Numbered from the stretch's first letter, positions 8,466 through 20,250 are shown. The stretch is DNA of 64,000 nt from a bacterium (GCA_043815505.1 JBDRIV010000002.1:374943-438942), one strand, 5' to 3'. Made by a program: numbers and translations. The notes: a model not told the origin generated them from the sequence alone.

Positions 8466-9197
8466 ATGCGTAAAAAACTTGTAAAAAATGTTTTAGCCAA
8501 TGTGAATCATAGTTATGCTATCATAGCTAATCATTTTGCCCAAACACGAGTAAAAAATTGGCCACAGGTTGATGAAATGGTAAAAAAATATGTTCATGAC
8601 AAAATGAAGGTGCTGGAGGTAGGGTGTGGTGCTGGTCGTTTAGTAAATTCATTAGCAGATATTTCTGGCGAGATAAGTTATGTTGGTTTAGATAATAACC
8701 TAGAATTTCTAAAAATTGCTAAGAAAAAATTTGGTCATAAATTAAGGGGCTGTAAAATTACCTGGCGTCAAGCAGAATTGTTTAAAACAGGAGAAAAAGA
8801 TAATTCAGTTGATGTTGTTTTATGTATTGCTGCTCTGCATCATATACCATCTGCTAAATTGAGAAAAGATGCCTTGGCAGAATGGCAGAGAATTTTAAAA
8901 CCAGGGGGAATTCTTATTATGACAAATTGGTGGTTGTTATCAAAAGAAGCAGAAAAAAGATATAAGTTGAAAAGACAAAAATTACCGAACAGATTGTTTG
9001 GATATGATAAAGGGGATTATTTAATTCCTTGGAAAAATTCGGAAGGAAAGATTATAGCAAAACGATATTACCACGCATTCACTTTACAGAAGATTGAAGG
9101 TTTATTAAAGCAAGAAAATTTATTGAAAATAGAGAATAAATTATTTACAACTGGTTTTTCCGAAAGCATCTTAACAATTGCTAAAAAGAAAGATTAG
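8466..9197 (+). CDS. Trm9/ALKBH8-like class I SAM-dependent methyltransferase
   Basis: N-terminal IANHFAQTRVKNWPQV (Trm9-type IA.HFS.TR...WP.V). SAM motif VLEVGCGAGRL. DVVLCIAALHHIPS matches the Trm9/ALKBH8 signature. Confidence 0.7.
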   Translation: MRKKLVKNVLANVNHSYAIIANHFAQTRVKNWPQVDEMVKKYVHDKMKVLEVGCGAGRLVNSLADISGEISYVGLDNNLEFLKIAKKKFGHKLRGCKITWRQAELFKTGEKDNSVDVVLCIAALHHIPSAKLRKDALAEWQRILKPGGILIMTNWWLLSKEAEKRYKLKRQKLPNRLFGYDKGDYLIPWKNSEGKIIAKRYYHAFTLQKIEGLLKQENLLKIENKLFTTGFSESILTIAKKKD

Positions 9198-9246
9198 AGA
9201 AATTTACCAAAGCCTTGGCCTGTGGTAATCTTAAATGACAAAGGCA

Positions 9247-9276
9247 TAAAAAAAGACTGCACTTGGTGCAGTCTTG
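9247..9276 (-). terminator. Terminator for minus-strand ORF 9287-9703
   Basis: agactgcac/gtgcagtct hairpin followed by T7 on the minus strand. Confidence 0.5.
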
Positions 9277-9286
9277 GGTAAGGGGT

Positions 9287-9703
9287 TCAAACGGGTCGTG
9301 ATTGAATTATTTCCTGAAAGAAAGTTTCTTCTTTGAAGAAATCTTCCATACGGATTATACGATTAGAGCGTGAACAGATGCGTATTACTTTCTCCGAAGG
9401 GAAAGTTATAGGCATTACTAGAAAATTAAAACGGTGATGATAAGAAATAAGAGTTTTGGTTATGTATCCCCAGTGTTCTTCTCCTCTAAATCGGAAATAA
9501 AGTTTCCAAGCGCCCCATGATTTTCCCGACAAGAAATCTTCTTTGGAGATTCCGGTTGGAAAAAACAATGGCTGCTCAACATGTTGTTCATATTCCTCCC
9601 TGTTTTGAGTTTGAAAATTGCAGAACGGACAGAGGTGCCACCACTTCTGATCGAACTGCCGATCCCAATTGAAGCATGATTTACACATTGTGTACCCCCA
9701 CAC
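9287..9703 (-). CDS. Hypothetical protein with N-terminal CxxC...CxxC zinc-ribbon-like motif
   Basis: MCKSC...CPFC cysteine pairs. Confidence 0.4.
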   Translation of the reverse strand: MWGYTMCKSCFNWDRQFDQKWWHLCPFCNFQTQNREEYEQHVEQPLFFPTGISKEDFLSGKSWGAWKLYFRFRGEEHWGYITKTLISYHHRFNFLVMPITFPSEKVIRICSRSNRIIRMEDFFKEETFFQEIIQSRPV

Positions 9704-9769
9704 AATTGGAAAGAACGAAGAATTTCAATTATAGCAATTAGTTTAAATTTTACAAATTAATTATCCACC

Positions 9770-10636
9770 ATGAACCAAGAGGTTTTACAAAAGGTTTTAC
9801 AGGCACAAAAAAATGAAATAACAGAATATTATATTTATTACAAACTATCTCGAATTATAAAAAGTGCCAAGCATGCAGAAATTTTGGAACACTTAGCAAC
9901 TGATGAAAAGCGTCATTATAATATTTGGAAAAAGCTCACAGGAAGAAAAGTTAAACCTAGTAAAACAAAAATAATCTATTATACTTTTTTAGCTCGGATT
10001 TTTGGTCTAACCTTTAGCATTAAGCTGATGGAGAGAGGGGAGGAATTAGCACAAGGAGTTTATAAAGGAATTTCAGCTGAAATTGATGAGGCTCGAGAAG
10101 TAATGAAAGATGAACAAAAACATGAAGCGGAACTTATATCATTAATTGATGAAGGTTCTCTTAAGTATGTTGGTTCTGTGGTTTTGGGTTTAAATGATGC
10201 CTTGGTTGAGTTGACAGGAATTTTGGCGGGACTTACCTTTGCTTTAAGAGATTTAAAACTAATTGCTGTAACAGGACTGGTGACAGGAATTGCTGCCGGT
10301 CTTTCCATGGCAGCCAGTGAATATCTTTCAACTAAAACTGTCGTCAGCAATAAAAGGCCATTTAAAGCAGCGGTTTATACCGGTATAACATATTTGGGAA
10401 CTGTGGCCGTTTTAATTACGCCCTATTTAATATTTAATGAAGTTTTTGTAGCCTTAGGATTTACTTTAGCTTTGGCAATACTAATAATATTTATCTTCAA
10501 CTTCTATATTTCTGTTGCCAAACAATTTAAATTTTGGCGAAGATTTTTAGAAATGGTAGCTATAAGTATGGGCATTGCCATAATTTCTTTTGGTATCGGA
10601 TATGTAGTGAGAAATATATTTGGTGTTGAAATATAA
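9770..10636 (+). CDS. VIT1/CCC1-family iron/manganese transporter with N-terminal ferritin-like domain
   Basis: N-terminal rubrerythrin-like E..H pairs. C-terminal GLNDALVELTGILAGL...AAGLSMAASEYLSTK is a VIT1 signature. Confidence 0.75.
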   Translation: MNQEVLQKVLQAQKNEITEYYIYYKLSRIIKSAKHAEILEHLATDEKRHYNIWKKLTGRKVKPSKTKIIYYTFLARIFGLTFSIKLMERGEELAQGVYKGISAEIDEAREVMKDEQKHEAELISLIDEGSLKYVGSVVLGLNDALVELTGILAGLTFALRDLKLIAVTGLVTGIAAGLSMAASEYLSTKTVVSNKRPFKAAVYTGITYLGTVAVLITPYLIFNEVFVALGFTLALAILIIFIFNFYISVAKQFKFWRRFLEMVAISMGIAIISFGIGYVVRNIFGVEI

Positions 10637-10690
10637 CTTTGACCAAAAAGTGTTTTAATTGTAAAATAAAAACACATTCGAACTAAAAAA

Positions 10691-12283
10691 ATGCCCACAA
10701 AACAAAAAGAAAAAATAAAGCCAACTTTGCTAATTATTCTTGATGGTTGGGGACTGGCTTTGCCTTCGGAAGGTAATGCTATTACGAAAGCCAAAATTCC
10801 CAATTATGAATTTTATTTTGGTAGCTATCCGCATACAAATTTAACTGCTCATGGCGAGGCGGTTGGTTTACCACGCGGTTATATGGGAAATTCTGAAGTT
10901 GGCCATTTAACTTTGGGTTCTGGTCGTACTGTTGACCAAGACTTAGTGCGTATTAATCGTGCTATTAAAGATGGCACATTTTATCAAAATCCAACCTTAC
11001 TTGCTACCATTTTCAATATTAAATACAACAATTCCAAATTACATTTAATGGGACTTATATCTAAAGGAGGAGTGCACGGAGAGATTGAACATTTGTATGC
11101 TTTACTTGAGTTTGCTAAGCGTTACAAAATAAAAGAAGTTTGCATTCATCTATTTACTGATGGTCGCGATATGCCACCAAAAAGTGCTGATGAAATGATT
11201 CACGAACTGGAAGCAAAAATTAAAAAATTTGGTGTTGGTAAAATAGTTTCGATTACCGGTCGTTATTATGCTATGGATCGCGCTCATAATTGGAATCGTT
11301 CACAGGATGTTTATGAGGCTATGGTTTATGGAAAGGGTGAGCAAGCTAAAACTGCTCATGAAGCAATTGATAGAGCTTATAAAAAAGGTTTAAACGACCA
11401 AACAATTCCACCAACCTTAATAGGAATTAGTAAAAAAGAAATTGATAAGAATTTGGTAAAAGATAAAGATGCTATTATATTTATCAATTTTCGGTCGGAC
11501 AGAGCTCGTCAACTTACCAAACCGTTTGTTATGGATGAATTCAAGTTTTTTGATCGTGGTAATAAACATCCTAGCAATTTATTCTTTGTGGGTATGACGG
11601 ACTTTGGTGTGGATTTGCCTATGTTTGTAGCTTACCCGATGGTAAGTGCTAAAAATGCTTTACCGGAAGTTTTAGGAAATCATATGGAGAATAAGCAATG
11701 TTATATTGCTGAAGAAGAAAAATTTGCTCATGTTGCTTTCTTCTTTCATGGCGGTTCCTCTATTCCCGAAGAAAATGAGGAAAGAATTATGATTGACACA
11801 CCAGATGTGGCCGATTATGCTAAACTGCCAGAAATGGCTCTGCCTCAAGTTACAGCCAAGCTAGTGGAAATGATAAATAAAAATGAATACGAATTTATTA
11901 TGACCAATATTTCCAATGCCGATATGATTGCTCATACAGGAAATTTACCAGCCAGTATTAAAGCGGTTGAATGTATTGATAAATATTTAAAAATAATGAT
12001 TGATGAAGTTTTAAAACTAAAAGGAAGAATTATTGTAACAGCTGACCATGGTAACGCTGAAGAATTAATTGATTTAGAAACCGGTGGTATTGATACCAAA
12101 CATTCCACTAATCCAGTACCATTTATAATAATAAGCGAAGAAGAAAAAATAGTTGGCCGACGAGCAAAAAATAAGCTAAAATTAAGAGATGGGGAACTGG
12201 CTGACGTCGCTCCCACTATTCTCGATTTATTGGGAATAGAAAAACCCAAGGAAATGTCTGGTCATTCACTTTTAGAAGAATAA
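10691..12283 (+). CDS. gpmI: 2,3-bisphosphoglycerate-independent phosphoglycerate mutase
   Basis: LLIILDGWGLA...NSEVGHLTLGSGR...TADHGNAE are iPGM motifs. Confidence 0.9.
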   Translation: MPTKQKEKIKPTLLIILDGWGLALPSEGNAITKAKIPNYEFYFGSYPHTNLTAHGEAVGLPRGYMGNSEVGHLTLGSGRTVDQDLVRINRAIKDGTFYQNPTLLATIFNIKYNNSKLHLMGLISKGGVHGEIEHLYALLEFAKRYKIKEVCIHLFTDGRDMPPKSADEMIHELEAKIKKFGVGKIVSITGRYYAMDRAHNWNRSQDVYEAMVYGKGEQAKTAHEAIDRAYKKGLNDQTIPPTLIGISKKEIDKNLVKDKDAIIFINFRSDRARQLTKPFVMDEFKFFDRGNKHPSNLFFVGMTDFGVDLPMFVAYPMVSAKNALPEVLGNHMENKQCYIAEEEKFAHVAFFFHGGSSIPEENEERIMIDTPDVADYAKLPEMALPQVTAKLVEMINKNEYEFIMTNISNADMIAHTGNLPASIKAVECIDKYLKIMIDEVLKLKGRIIVTADHGNAEELIDLETGGIDTKHSTNPVPFIIISEEEKIVGRRAKNKLKLRDGELADVAPTILDLLGIEKPKEMSGHSLLEE

Positions 12284-12284
12284 T

Positions 12285-13676
12285 ATGCGCGGAACAATAA
12301 GACAAAGATTATTTAAAGAATGTTACGAAAATAATATTCCCTTGTATGAGTGCCCTTCGTTTTTATTCGTGATTTTAGGCTTTATTACAATCATGACGGT
12401 TGTAATTACTTTTTTTCTAGCTTTAAATTCTGCGCCAGAGGAAATAGTTATAGTTAGTGTTTGTGTAATTGCTGGAGCGATGATAGTAGTGGGTAATCTG
12501 ATAATTAATGGAGTTGATGCTATGATAAAAGAAAAAAGAAGAGCAGAACTGGAACAAAAAAAAGTTGAAGCCATCATTCAAAATTTAACCGATGGTTTAA
12601 TAATGTTCGATAACAGACACACAGTTTTACTTGTTAATTCGCAGGCAGCTAAATTATTAAATGTTAAGATTAATGATTTGATAGGAAAATCTGCTACCGA
12701 TAAAAAATTTCTTAAAGATTATCCACTATTCAAACAAATAACAAAACATTTTCCAAGAATTCAAGAATCACAAAAAGATCGAATCAAAGTAGAAAAGGCT
12801 ACAATTGGCGAAAGAGAAGCAGAAAAGAAAATTCTCAAAATTACCACCGCTCCAGTTTGGGGAGATAACAATCAACTTCTAGGATCAGTAAAGACTATTC
12901 AAGATATAACCAGAGAAGACCAGATTAATTCTATGAAATCAGAATTTATTAGTATTGCCTCTCATCAATTACGAACGCCACTCTCGTCTTTAAAATGGTT
13001 CATGGAATTATTATTGAATGGGCGAGCAGGAAAGTTGAACTCAGAACAAGAGGAAATGATTCAGCAAATGGATAAAAACAACGAGCGCATGATTGAATTA
13101 GTAGAAAATCTTTTAAATATCTCTAGAATTGAAGGAGGAAAAGCTCAACTAGAAATTGCTGAAGTAAATGCTTCCGAATTTGTGGAGGATGTAATTAAGG
13201 ATATAAAACCACAAATTAAGAAAAAACATATTGAATTAATTAGCAATATCGATGCTAATTTAAAAACTAAATGTGATCCTAAGCAAGCAAAAATGGTCGT
13301 TCAAAATTTAGTTGACAATGCAGTTAAATATACGATTGAAAAAGGAAAAATAAAATTTAATTTGCAAAAAGTAAATTATTCCGCTTTAGAAAATATAAAT
13401 AATTTTAAAAAGAAAAAAAGAAAAAGCGATGGTAAATATCAGGAATGGATACTATTTTCAGTTAAAGATTCAGGAATTGGTATTCCTTTGGAAGATCAAC
13501 AAAAAGTATTTTCCAAATTCTATCGCTCTCGAAATGCTAAAACTTTGCAGGTGCACGGCACTGGCTTAGGACTTCATATTAGTGAAGTTATTGCCGATCG
13601 TCACGATGGTCATTTGTGGTTTGAATCCAAAGAGAGTAAAGGAAGTACATTTTATTTTACCTTACCTATAAAATGA
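12285..13676 (+). CDS. Sensor histidine kinase (2 TM, PAS, HisKA, HATPase)
   Basis: H-box SIASHQLRTPL. C-terminal GTGLGLHI...GSTFYFTLP. Confidence 0.85.
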   Translation: MRGTIRQRLFKECYENNIPLYECPSFLFVILGFITIMTVVITFFLALNSAPEEIVIVSVCVIAGAMIVVGNLIINGVDAMIKEKRRAELEQKKVEAIIQNLTDGLIMFDNRHTVLLVNSQAAKLLNVKINDLIGKSATDKKFLKDYPLFKQITKHFPRIQESQKDRIKVEKATIGEREAEKKILKITTAPVWGDNNQLLGSVKTIQDITREDQINSMKSEFISIASHQLRTPLSSLKWFMELLLNGRAGKLNSEQEEMIQQMDKNNERMIELVENLLNISRIEGGKAQLEIAEVNASEFVEDVIKDIKPQIKKKHIELISNIDANLKTKCDPKQAKMVVQNLVDNAVKYTIEKGKIKFNLQKVNYSALENINNFKKKKRKSDGKYQEWILFSVKDSGIGIPLEDQQKVFSKFYRSRNAKTLQVHGTGLGLHISEVIADRHDGHLWFESKESKGSTFYFTLPIK

Positions 13677-13681
13677 AATTA

Positions 13682-14043
13682 TAAAAAAGTTCTATTTATA
13701 GAAGACGAAAAAATAATGATCAAAGCTCTGCAGATGGAAAGTAAGGAATATAATTTTAAAACCTTGATTGCTATTACCGGAGAAGAAGGGTTAGAATTAG
13801 TAAAAAAGGAAAAGCCTGACTTAGTAATACTTGATTTAATGTTGCCGGGAATTGATGGTTTTCAGGTTTTAAAGAATTAAAAGTCAATAAAGAATTAAAA
13901 AAATATACCAGAAATAATCTTATCTAATTTAGAACACGAAGGGGATAAAGATACGGGCTTGAAACTTGGGGTTGAAGATTATATTATAAAAGATGTAACA
14001 CCTCTAAAAGACATAATAGAAAAAATTAACAATTATCTAAAAT
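13682..14043 (+). pseudogene. Degraded tandem duplicate of the downstream CheY-like response-regulator gene
   Basis: Translates as KKVLFIEDEK...PDLVILDLMLPGIDGFQVLKN*, then in a shifted frame IPEIILSNLEHEGDKDTGLKLGVEDYIIKD.... This parallels ORF 14048-14434 but is broken by a stop and a frameshift. Confidence 0.7.
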
Positions 14044-14047
14044 AAAA

Positions 14048-14434
14048 ATGAAAGAAGAAACCAAGAAAAAAGTATTAGTAATTGAAGATGAAACCGCTTT
14101 ATTATTTGCTATACGCGCTGAATTAAGTTATGCCGGTTATGAAGTTTTAGCTGCCTCAACAGGGGAAGAGGGTTTAAAAATGTTTCAAGACAAAAAACCG
14201 GACTTAGTGGTTCTGGATTTAATATTGCCCGGTATAGATGGTTTTGAGATTCTATCGGAAATAAAAAAAGATTCAGGCAAGAAAATGATACCAGTTTTAG
14301 TGGTTTCAAACCTAGGCGATAAGAATGACATTGAAAGAGCTAAAAGTCTTGGTGCCTATGATTACCTAGTAAAAGCAAATTATTCACTGGAAAGTATTCA
14401 AGAGAAAATTAAAGAGGCTCTAAAAAGCGCTTAA
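14048..14434 (+). CDS. Single-domain response regulator (CheY-like receiver)
   Basis: Receiver-domain motifs VLVIEDE, DLVVLDLILPGIDGF, SNLGDKND (K105 region). Confidence 0.85.
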   Translation: MKEETKKKVLVIEDETALLFAIRAELSYAGYEVLAASTGEEGLKMFQDKKPDLVVLDLILPGIDGFEILSEIKKDSGKKMIPVLVVSNLGDKNDIERAKSLGAYDYLVKANYSLESIQEKIKEALKSA

Positions 14435-14564
14435 ATAAGCAAAACAATTTAATCTTGACCCGGTAGTACAAACAGAAGAAAGATAGATTACTTTTGTATT
14501 ATAGATGAAATATATTCTAAAATTAGTTAAAAACATTAATTAATCAATAAGTTGTACTACTGGG

Positions 14565-14592
14565 TTGACAGCTAAATTTATTTGATTATAAT
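14565..14592 (+). promoter_or_regulatory. Sigma-70-type promoter of the hrcA-grpE-dnaK operon
   Basis: TTGACA-16-TATAAT. Confidence 0.6.
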
Positions 14593-14597
14593 AAGTA

Positions 14598-14624
14598 TTA
14601 GCACTCTAATGGTATGAGTGCTAA
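14598..14624 (+). promoter_or_regulatory. CIRCE operator (HrcA binding site)
   Basis: Perfect TTAGCACTC-N9-GAGTGCTAA. Confidence 0.9.
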
Positions 14625-14639
14625 TTTTAAACTAGACTT

Positions 14640-15356
14640 GTGAAGCCCAGAACAGAAAAAATCTTTCAGGCCATCCTGAAAGAATACATTAAAACAGCTG
14701 AACCAGTTGGTTCTAAGATTCTTTGTGAGCGCTATAATTTTAGTCTCTCTCCCGCTACCATCCGAAACGAAATGAAGAGATTAGAAAAGGAAGAATTTAT
14801 ATTTCAGCCTCACACTTCGGCCGGACGAGTTCCCACTGATAAAGGTTATAGGCATTATGTAGATTCCTTAATGAGAGGCAGGGAATTATCTAGTATAGAA
14901 CAAAAAAAGGTACAGACTGAATTCTTAAAATTGCAAGCTCGTTATAATCGTTTATCACGCACAACTTCCAAATTACTTTCATTACTCACTCAAAACATGG
15001 CGATAAGCGGATCGTTGGATGAAAAAGAAGTGATTGGTTCTGGCATAACCCAACTTTTAAAACAACCAGAATTTGCCGAAACTAGTCAGGTTTATGAAAT
15101 AGCTGAAGCCCTGGATTGGTTAGATGAAAATATAGAAGATGTTATGACGAAGGGCGCAGGTCCGATTGATGTATTTATCGGTGATGAGAATCCCACCAAA
15201 CATTTAAATGGTTGTAGTATGGTTGTTTCACGTTATCGCTTACCATCCGGAACAGAAGGATTTATGGCAGTCGTTGGACCAAAAAGAATGCGTTATTCTC
15301 ATACCATCCCGCTTGTAGAATTCTTATCAAATTATTTAAACGAAGGAGATTACTAA
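14640..15356 (+). CDS. hrcA: Heat-inducible transcription repressor HrcA (GTG start)
   Basis: N-terminal ...EPVGSKIL... winged-helix signature. Sits downstream of CIRCE and upstream of grpE. Confidence 0.85.
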   Translation: MKPRTEKIFQAILKEYIKTAEPVGSKILCERYNFSLSPATIRNEMKRLEKEEFIFQPHTSAGRVPTDKGYRHYVDSLMRGRELSSIEQKKVQTEFLKLQARYNRLSRTTSKLLSLLTQNMAISGSLDEKEVIGSGITQLLKQPEFAETSQVYEIAEALDWLDENIEDVMTKGAGPIDVFIGDENPTKHLNGCSMVVSRYRLPSGTEGFMAVVGPKRMRYSHTIPLVEFLSNYLNEGDY

Positions 15357-15829
15357 TGTTGGATAAAAAAGATGTTAAAAAATTAGACAAAAGAATTAAA
15401 GCCTTAGAAGATGAAGCTAAAGACTATTTGGCTGGTTGGCAAAGAGCTAAAGCAGATTATTTAAATTTACAAAAAAGAATTGAGAAGGACCAAGCTGACT
15501 TTAAAAATTATGCCACTGAAGAAATTTTGTTAAGTTTATTACCAATAATTGATAATTTTACAGCCGCTTTTAAAACTAAGCAAGTAAAAGATGATTCTTG
15601 GCGGGAAGGTATTAAACATATTAAAAATCAACTGGAAAAGTTTTTAGCAGATCATGACGTAATAGAGATTGCCACGAAAGGTAAAACCTTTGATCCGACA
15701 ATTCACGAAGCAGTTGAACATATTAAAAATAAGAAATTTGTAACTGGCCAAATTGTAGAGGAAGTACGTAAAGGATACAAACTTCATGATAAAGTTTTGC
15801 GCGCCAGTCAAGTTAAAGTAGCTAAATAA
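15356..15829 (+). CDS. grpE: Nucleotide exchange factor GrpE
   Basis: Coiled-coil N-terminus. GrpE C-terminal region and operon position. Confidence 0.85.
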   Translation: MLDKKDVKKLDKRIKALEDEAKDYLAGWQRAKADYLNLQKRIEKDQADFKNYATEEILLSLLPIIDNFTAAFKTKQVKDDSWREGIKHIKNQLEKFLADHDVIEIATKGKTFDPTIHEAVEHIKNKKFVTGQIVEEVRKGYKLHDKVLRASQVKVAK

Positions 15830-15850
15830 TAATTAATTGATTCTAATTAA

Positions 15851-17851
<2,001 letters not shown>

Positions 17852-17855
17852 ATCA

Positions 17856-17880
17856 TGGGGGCGGCTTTTGCCGCCCCACT
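17856..17880 (+). terminator. Possible terminator after dnaK
   Basis: GC hairpin ggggcggc-tttt-gccgcccc. No strong trailing T-run. Confidence 0.35.
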
Positions 17881-17898
17881 AATTATTAAATCACAAAA

Positions 17899-19020
17899 AT
17901 GGAAAAAGAAAAACAAAAATTGGAAGCTAATGCTTCTCCGAACATTTTAATAAAAGAAATAGTAATACTTGCTATTAATACGATTCTACTTTCAGCTTTT
18001 TGGCTGATTTTATATTTCCAATTTGCTAAGTCAAAAAAATTATTTTATTTTGCTTCATTTGATTCATTGCTTGATATGTTTTTGATATTATTTAGTATTT
18101 TTATTTTGTTATCTACTATCGGAATTGTAAATATATTAGTAAAAAGAAAACCCTGGCTAGCTTTAATCTCATATTTTATAGGTTCATTTTCGTTTTTGAT
18201 ATTTTTCGGATTTAACTGGTTTTACTTACTGGGATGCTTTTTTCTTTTTGTAGCATTTTTAGCAGGATATTTTCGTATGCGTGATGAAACTAAAATCAGA
18301 AAGAAAATAAGAATAACCAGAATTATGAAATATGGAATGACCAGCATCGTGACAATGTTGGTGCTAATGGTATCGTTAGCATATTATTTTACTTCCGCAC
18401 AGTTGAGTAAAGAAAAAGAACTAACAGTTACACCAGAACAAATTTCATCTCAAAGTGGACCTTGGGACAAATATTTGTCTAACTATATAGATAATTTTGA
18501 TTCTGAACTTACTATTAATGAAGTGTTGTTAACTAATGTATTGGAAAATCAAAGTGAAGAAATATTTGAAGAATACAAACCAGACAATGTACCACCAGAA
18601 TTAGTGGAATTATTCAATAACAACGGAGTCGATTATTATAATTTAGATGAATTAGAAAAAAGTGTACAAAATAATGAAGCTGTAAAGAATGGATTTGTGA
18701 AATATATGGCAGAAAGAATGGATGAAATAAATCCAACAGAGAATAAAAAACTTTTTGGCATAGAATATAAAGGTAACGAAACTGTGGCTTCGCTTTCATC
18801 TCGTATAATAAATGAAATTGCAGAAAAATATTTAACTCCTTTTCAAGATTACTTTCCGCTAGCTCTAGCCGCGATTTTCTTTTTTGGTTTAAGATTTGTT
18901 GCCATTGTAGTAATGTGGATAAGTTATGGAGCAGCCTGGTTATCATTACAAATTCTAATTAAATTGAAATTCATTAGATTATATTTAGTTGATACCAAAG
19001 CAGAAGAATTAACTTTATAA
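17899..19020 (+). CDS. Hypothetical polytopic membrane protein inserted between dnaK and dnaJ
   Basis: Multiple hydrophobic segments. No recognisable motif. Confidence 0.5.
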   Translation: MEKEKQKLEANASPNILIKEIVILAINTILLSAFWLILYFQFAKSKKLFYFASFDSLLDMFLILFSIFILLSTIGIVNILVKRKPWLALISYFIGSFSFLIFFGFNWFYLLGCFFLFVAFLAGYFRMRDETKIRKKIRITRIMKYGMTSIVTMLVLMVSLAYYFTSAQLSKEKELTVTPEQISSQSGPWDKYLSNYIDNFDSELTINEVLLTNVLENQSEEIFEEYKPDNVPPELVELFNNNGVDYYNLDELEKSVQNNEAVKNGFVKYMAERMDEINPTENKKLFGIEYKGNETVASLSSRIINEIAEKYLTPFQDYFPLALAAIFFFGLRFVAIVVMWISYGAAWLSLQILIKLKFIRLYLVDTKAEELTL

Positions 19021-20163
19021 ATGAGTAAGGATTATTACGAATCACTGGGCGTATCCAAAGATGCGACCGATGATGAAATAAAAAAAGCATATAGAAAATT
19101 AGCTCATAAATATCATCCTGATAAAGAAGGGGGAGACGAAGCCAAATTTAAGGAAATAAATCAGGCTTATCAAGTTTTATCGGACAAGCAAAAGCGTAGT
19201 CAATATGATCAGTTTGGTCAATCTTTTGAGGGAGCTGGTCAAGGGGCTGGTTTTTCTGGTTTTGGCAATGGCCAAGGATTTTCTGGATTTTCGGGAGCCG
19301 ATTTTGATTTTGGAAATTTAGGAGATATTTTTGGAGACATTTTTGGTGGAGATAGGAGCAGGGGTAGAACACAAACAAATATTCGTGGTGCTGATATAGA
19401 AATGGATGTCGAGCTGGATTTTAAAGAAGCCGTGTTTGGCAAAACACAAATATTTAATGTTTATAAAAGAATCAATTGTCCAAAATGTAAAGGCAATGGA
19501 GCGGAACCAGGAACAAAAATAGAAAATTGTAAAACTTGTGAGGGAAGAGGTCAAATTAGAAAAGTTCAACAAACTCCTTTCGGTCAGTTTGCTCAAACTC
19601 AAGTCTGTCCCGATTGTTCTGGTGAAGGAAAAATTGCAGAAACTAAATGTTCAGAATGTGGTGGCGACGGTAGAATTCGTGATGAAGAAAAAGTGGAAGT
19701 TAAAATTCCCGCTGGTATAAATGATAGACAAACTTTACGTGTTCCCGGCAAAGGTGAAGCTGGTTTACGTGGTGGAGTAGCTGGTGATTTGTTGGTAAAT
19801 ATTTATGTAAAGGATAGTAAGGATTTTAATCGTGACGGCGTTGATATAATTACTGATTTAGAAATCAGTTTTGCTCAAGCTGCTCTTGGTGACGAAATTG
19901 AAATTAAAACTATTAATGACTCCAGCACAATTGTAATTCCAGCTGGTATTCAATCTGGCAAACAATTGAAAATTAAGGAAAAAGGAGTTCCTTATTTGGA
20001 TGGAAACGGACGCGGAGATCATCTAATAAATATTCACGTTATAACACCAAAATCGCTGAATAAAGAAGAAAAGGAATTGTTTGCCAAACTTCAAGCAACT
20101 GGAGGAAATTCTGCTAAGGTAAAATCTAGAGGAGTGTTTAAAAAAATCTTTGGTGAGGATTAA
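19021..20163 (+). CDS. dnaJ: Chaperone DnaJ
   Basis: J-domain HPD (KYHPDK). Four CxxCxGxG repeats. Confidence 0.95.
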   Translation: MSKDYYESLGVSKDATDDEIKKAYRKLAHKYHPDKEGGDEAKFKEINQAYQVLSDKQKRSQYDQFGQSFEGAGQGAGFSGFGNGQGFSGFSGADFDFGNLGDIFGDIFGGDRSRGRTQTNIRGADIEMDVELDFKEAVFGKTQIFNVYKRINCPKCKGNGAEPGTKIENCKTCEGRGQIRKVQQTPFGQFAQTQVCPDCSGEGKIAETKCSECGGDGRIRDEEKVEVKIPAGINDRQTLRVPGKGEAGLRGGVAGDLLVNIYVKDSKDFNRDGVDIITDLEISFAQAALGDEIEIKTINDSSTIVIPAGIQSGKQLKIKEKGVPYLDGNGRGDHLINIHVITPKSLNKEEKELFAKLQATGGNSAKVKSRGVFKKIFGED

Positions 20164-20168
20164 TACCA

Positions 20169-20197
20169 TTGCTTACAATGAATAATTATGGTATAAT
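20169..20197 (+). promoter_or_regulatory. Candidate promoter with extended -10
   Basis: TTGCTT-17-TATAAT preceded by TGg. Confidence 0.4.
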
Positions 20198-20250
20198 GTA
20201 AACAGCAAAACTTAAAGGCAGTTTGACGTATAAAAGTAAAATAAAAACAT

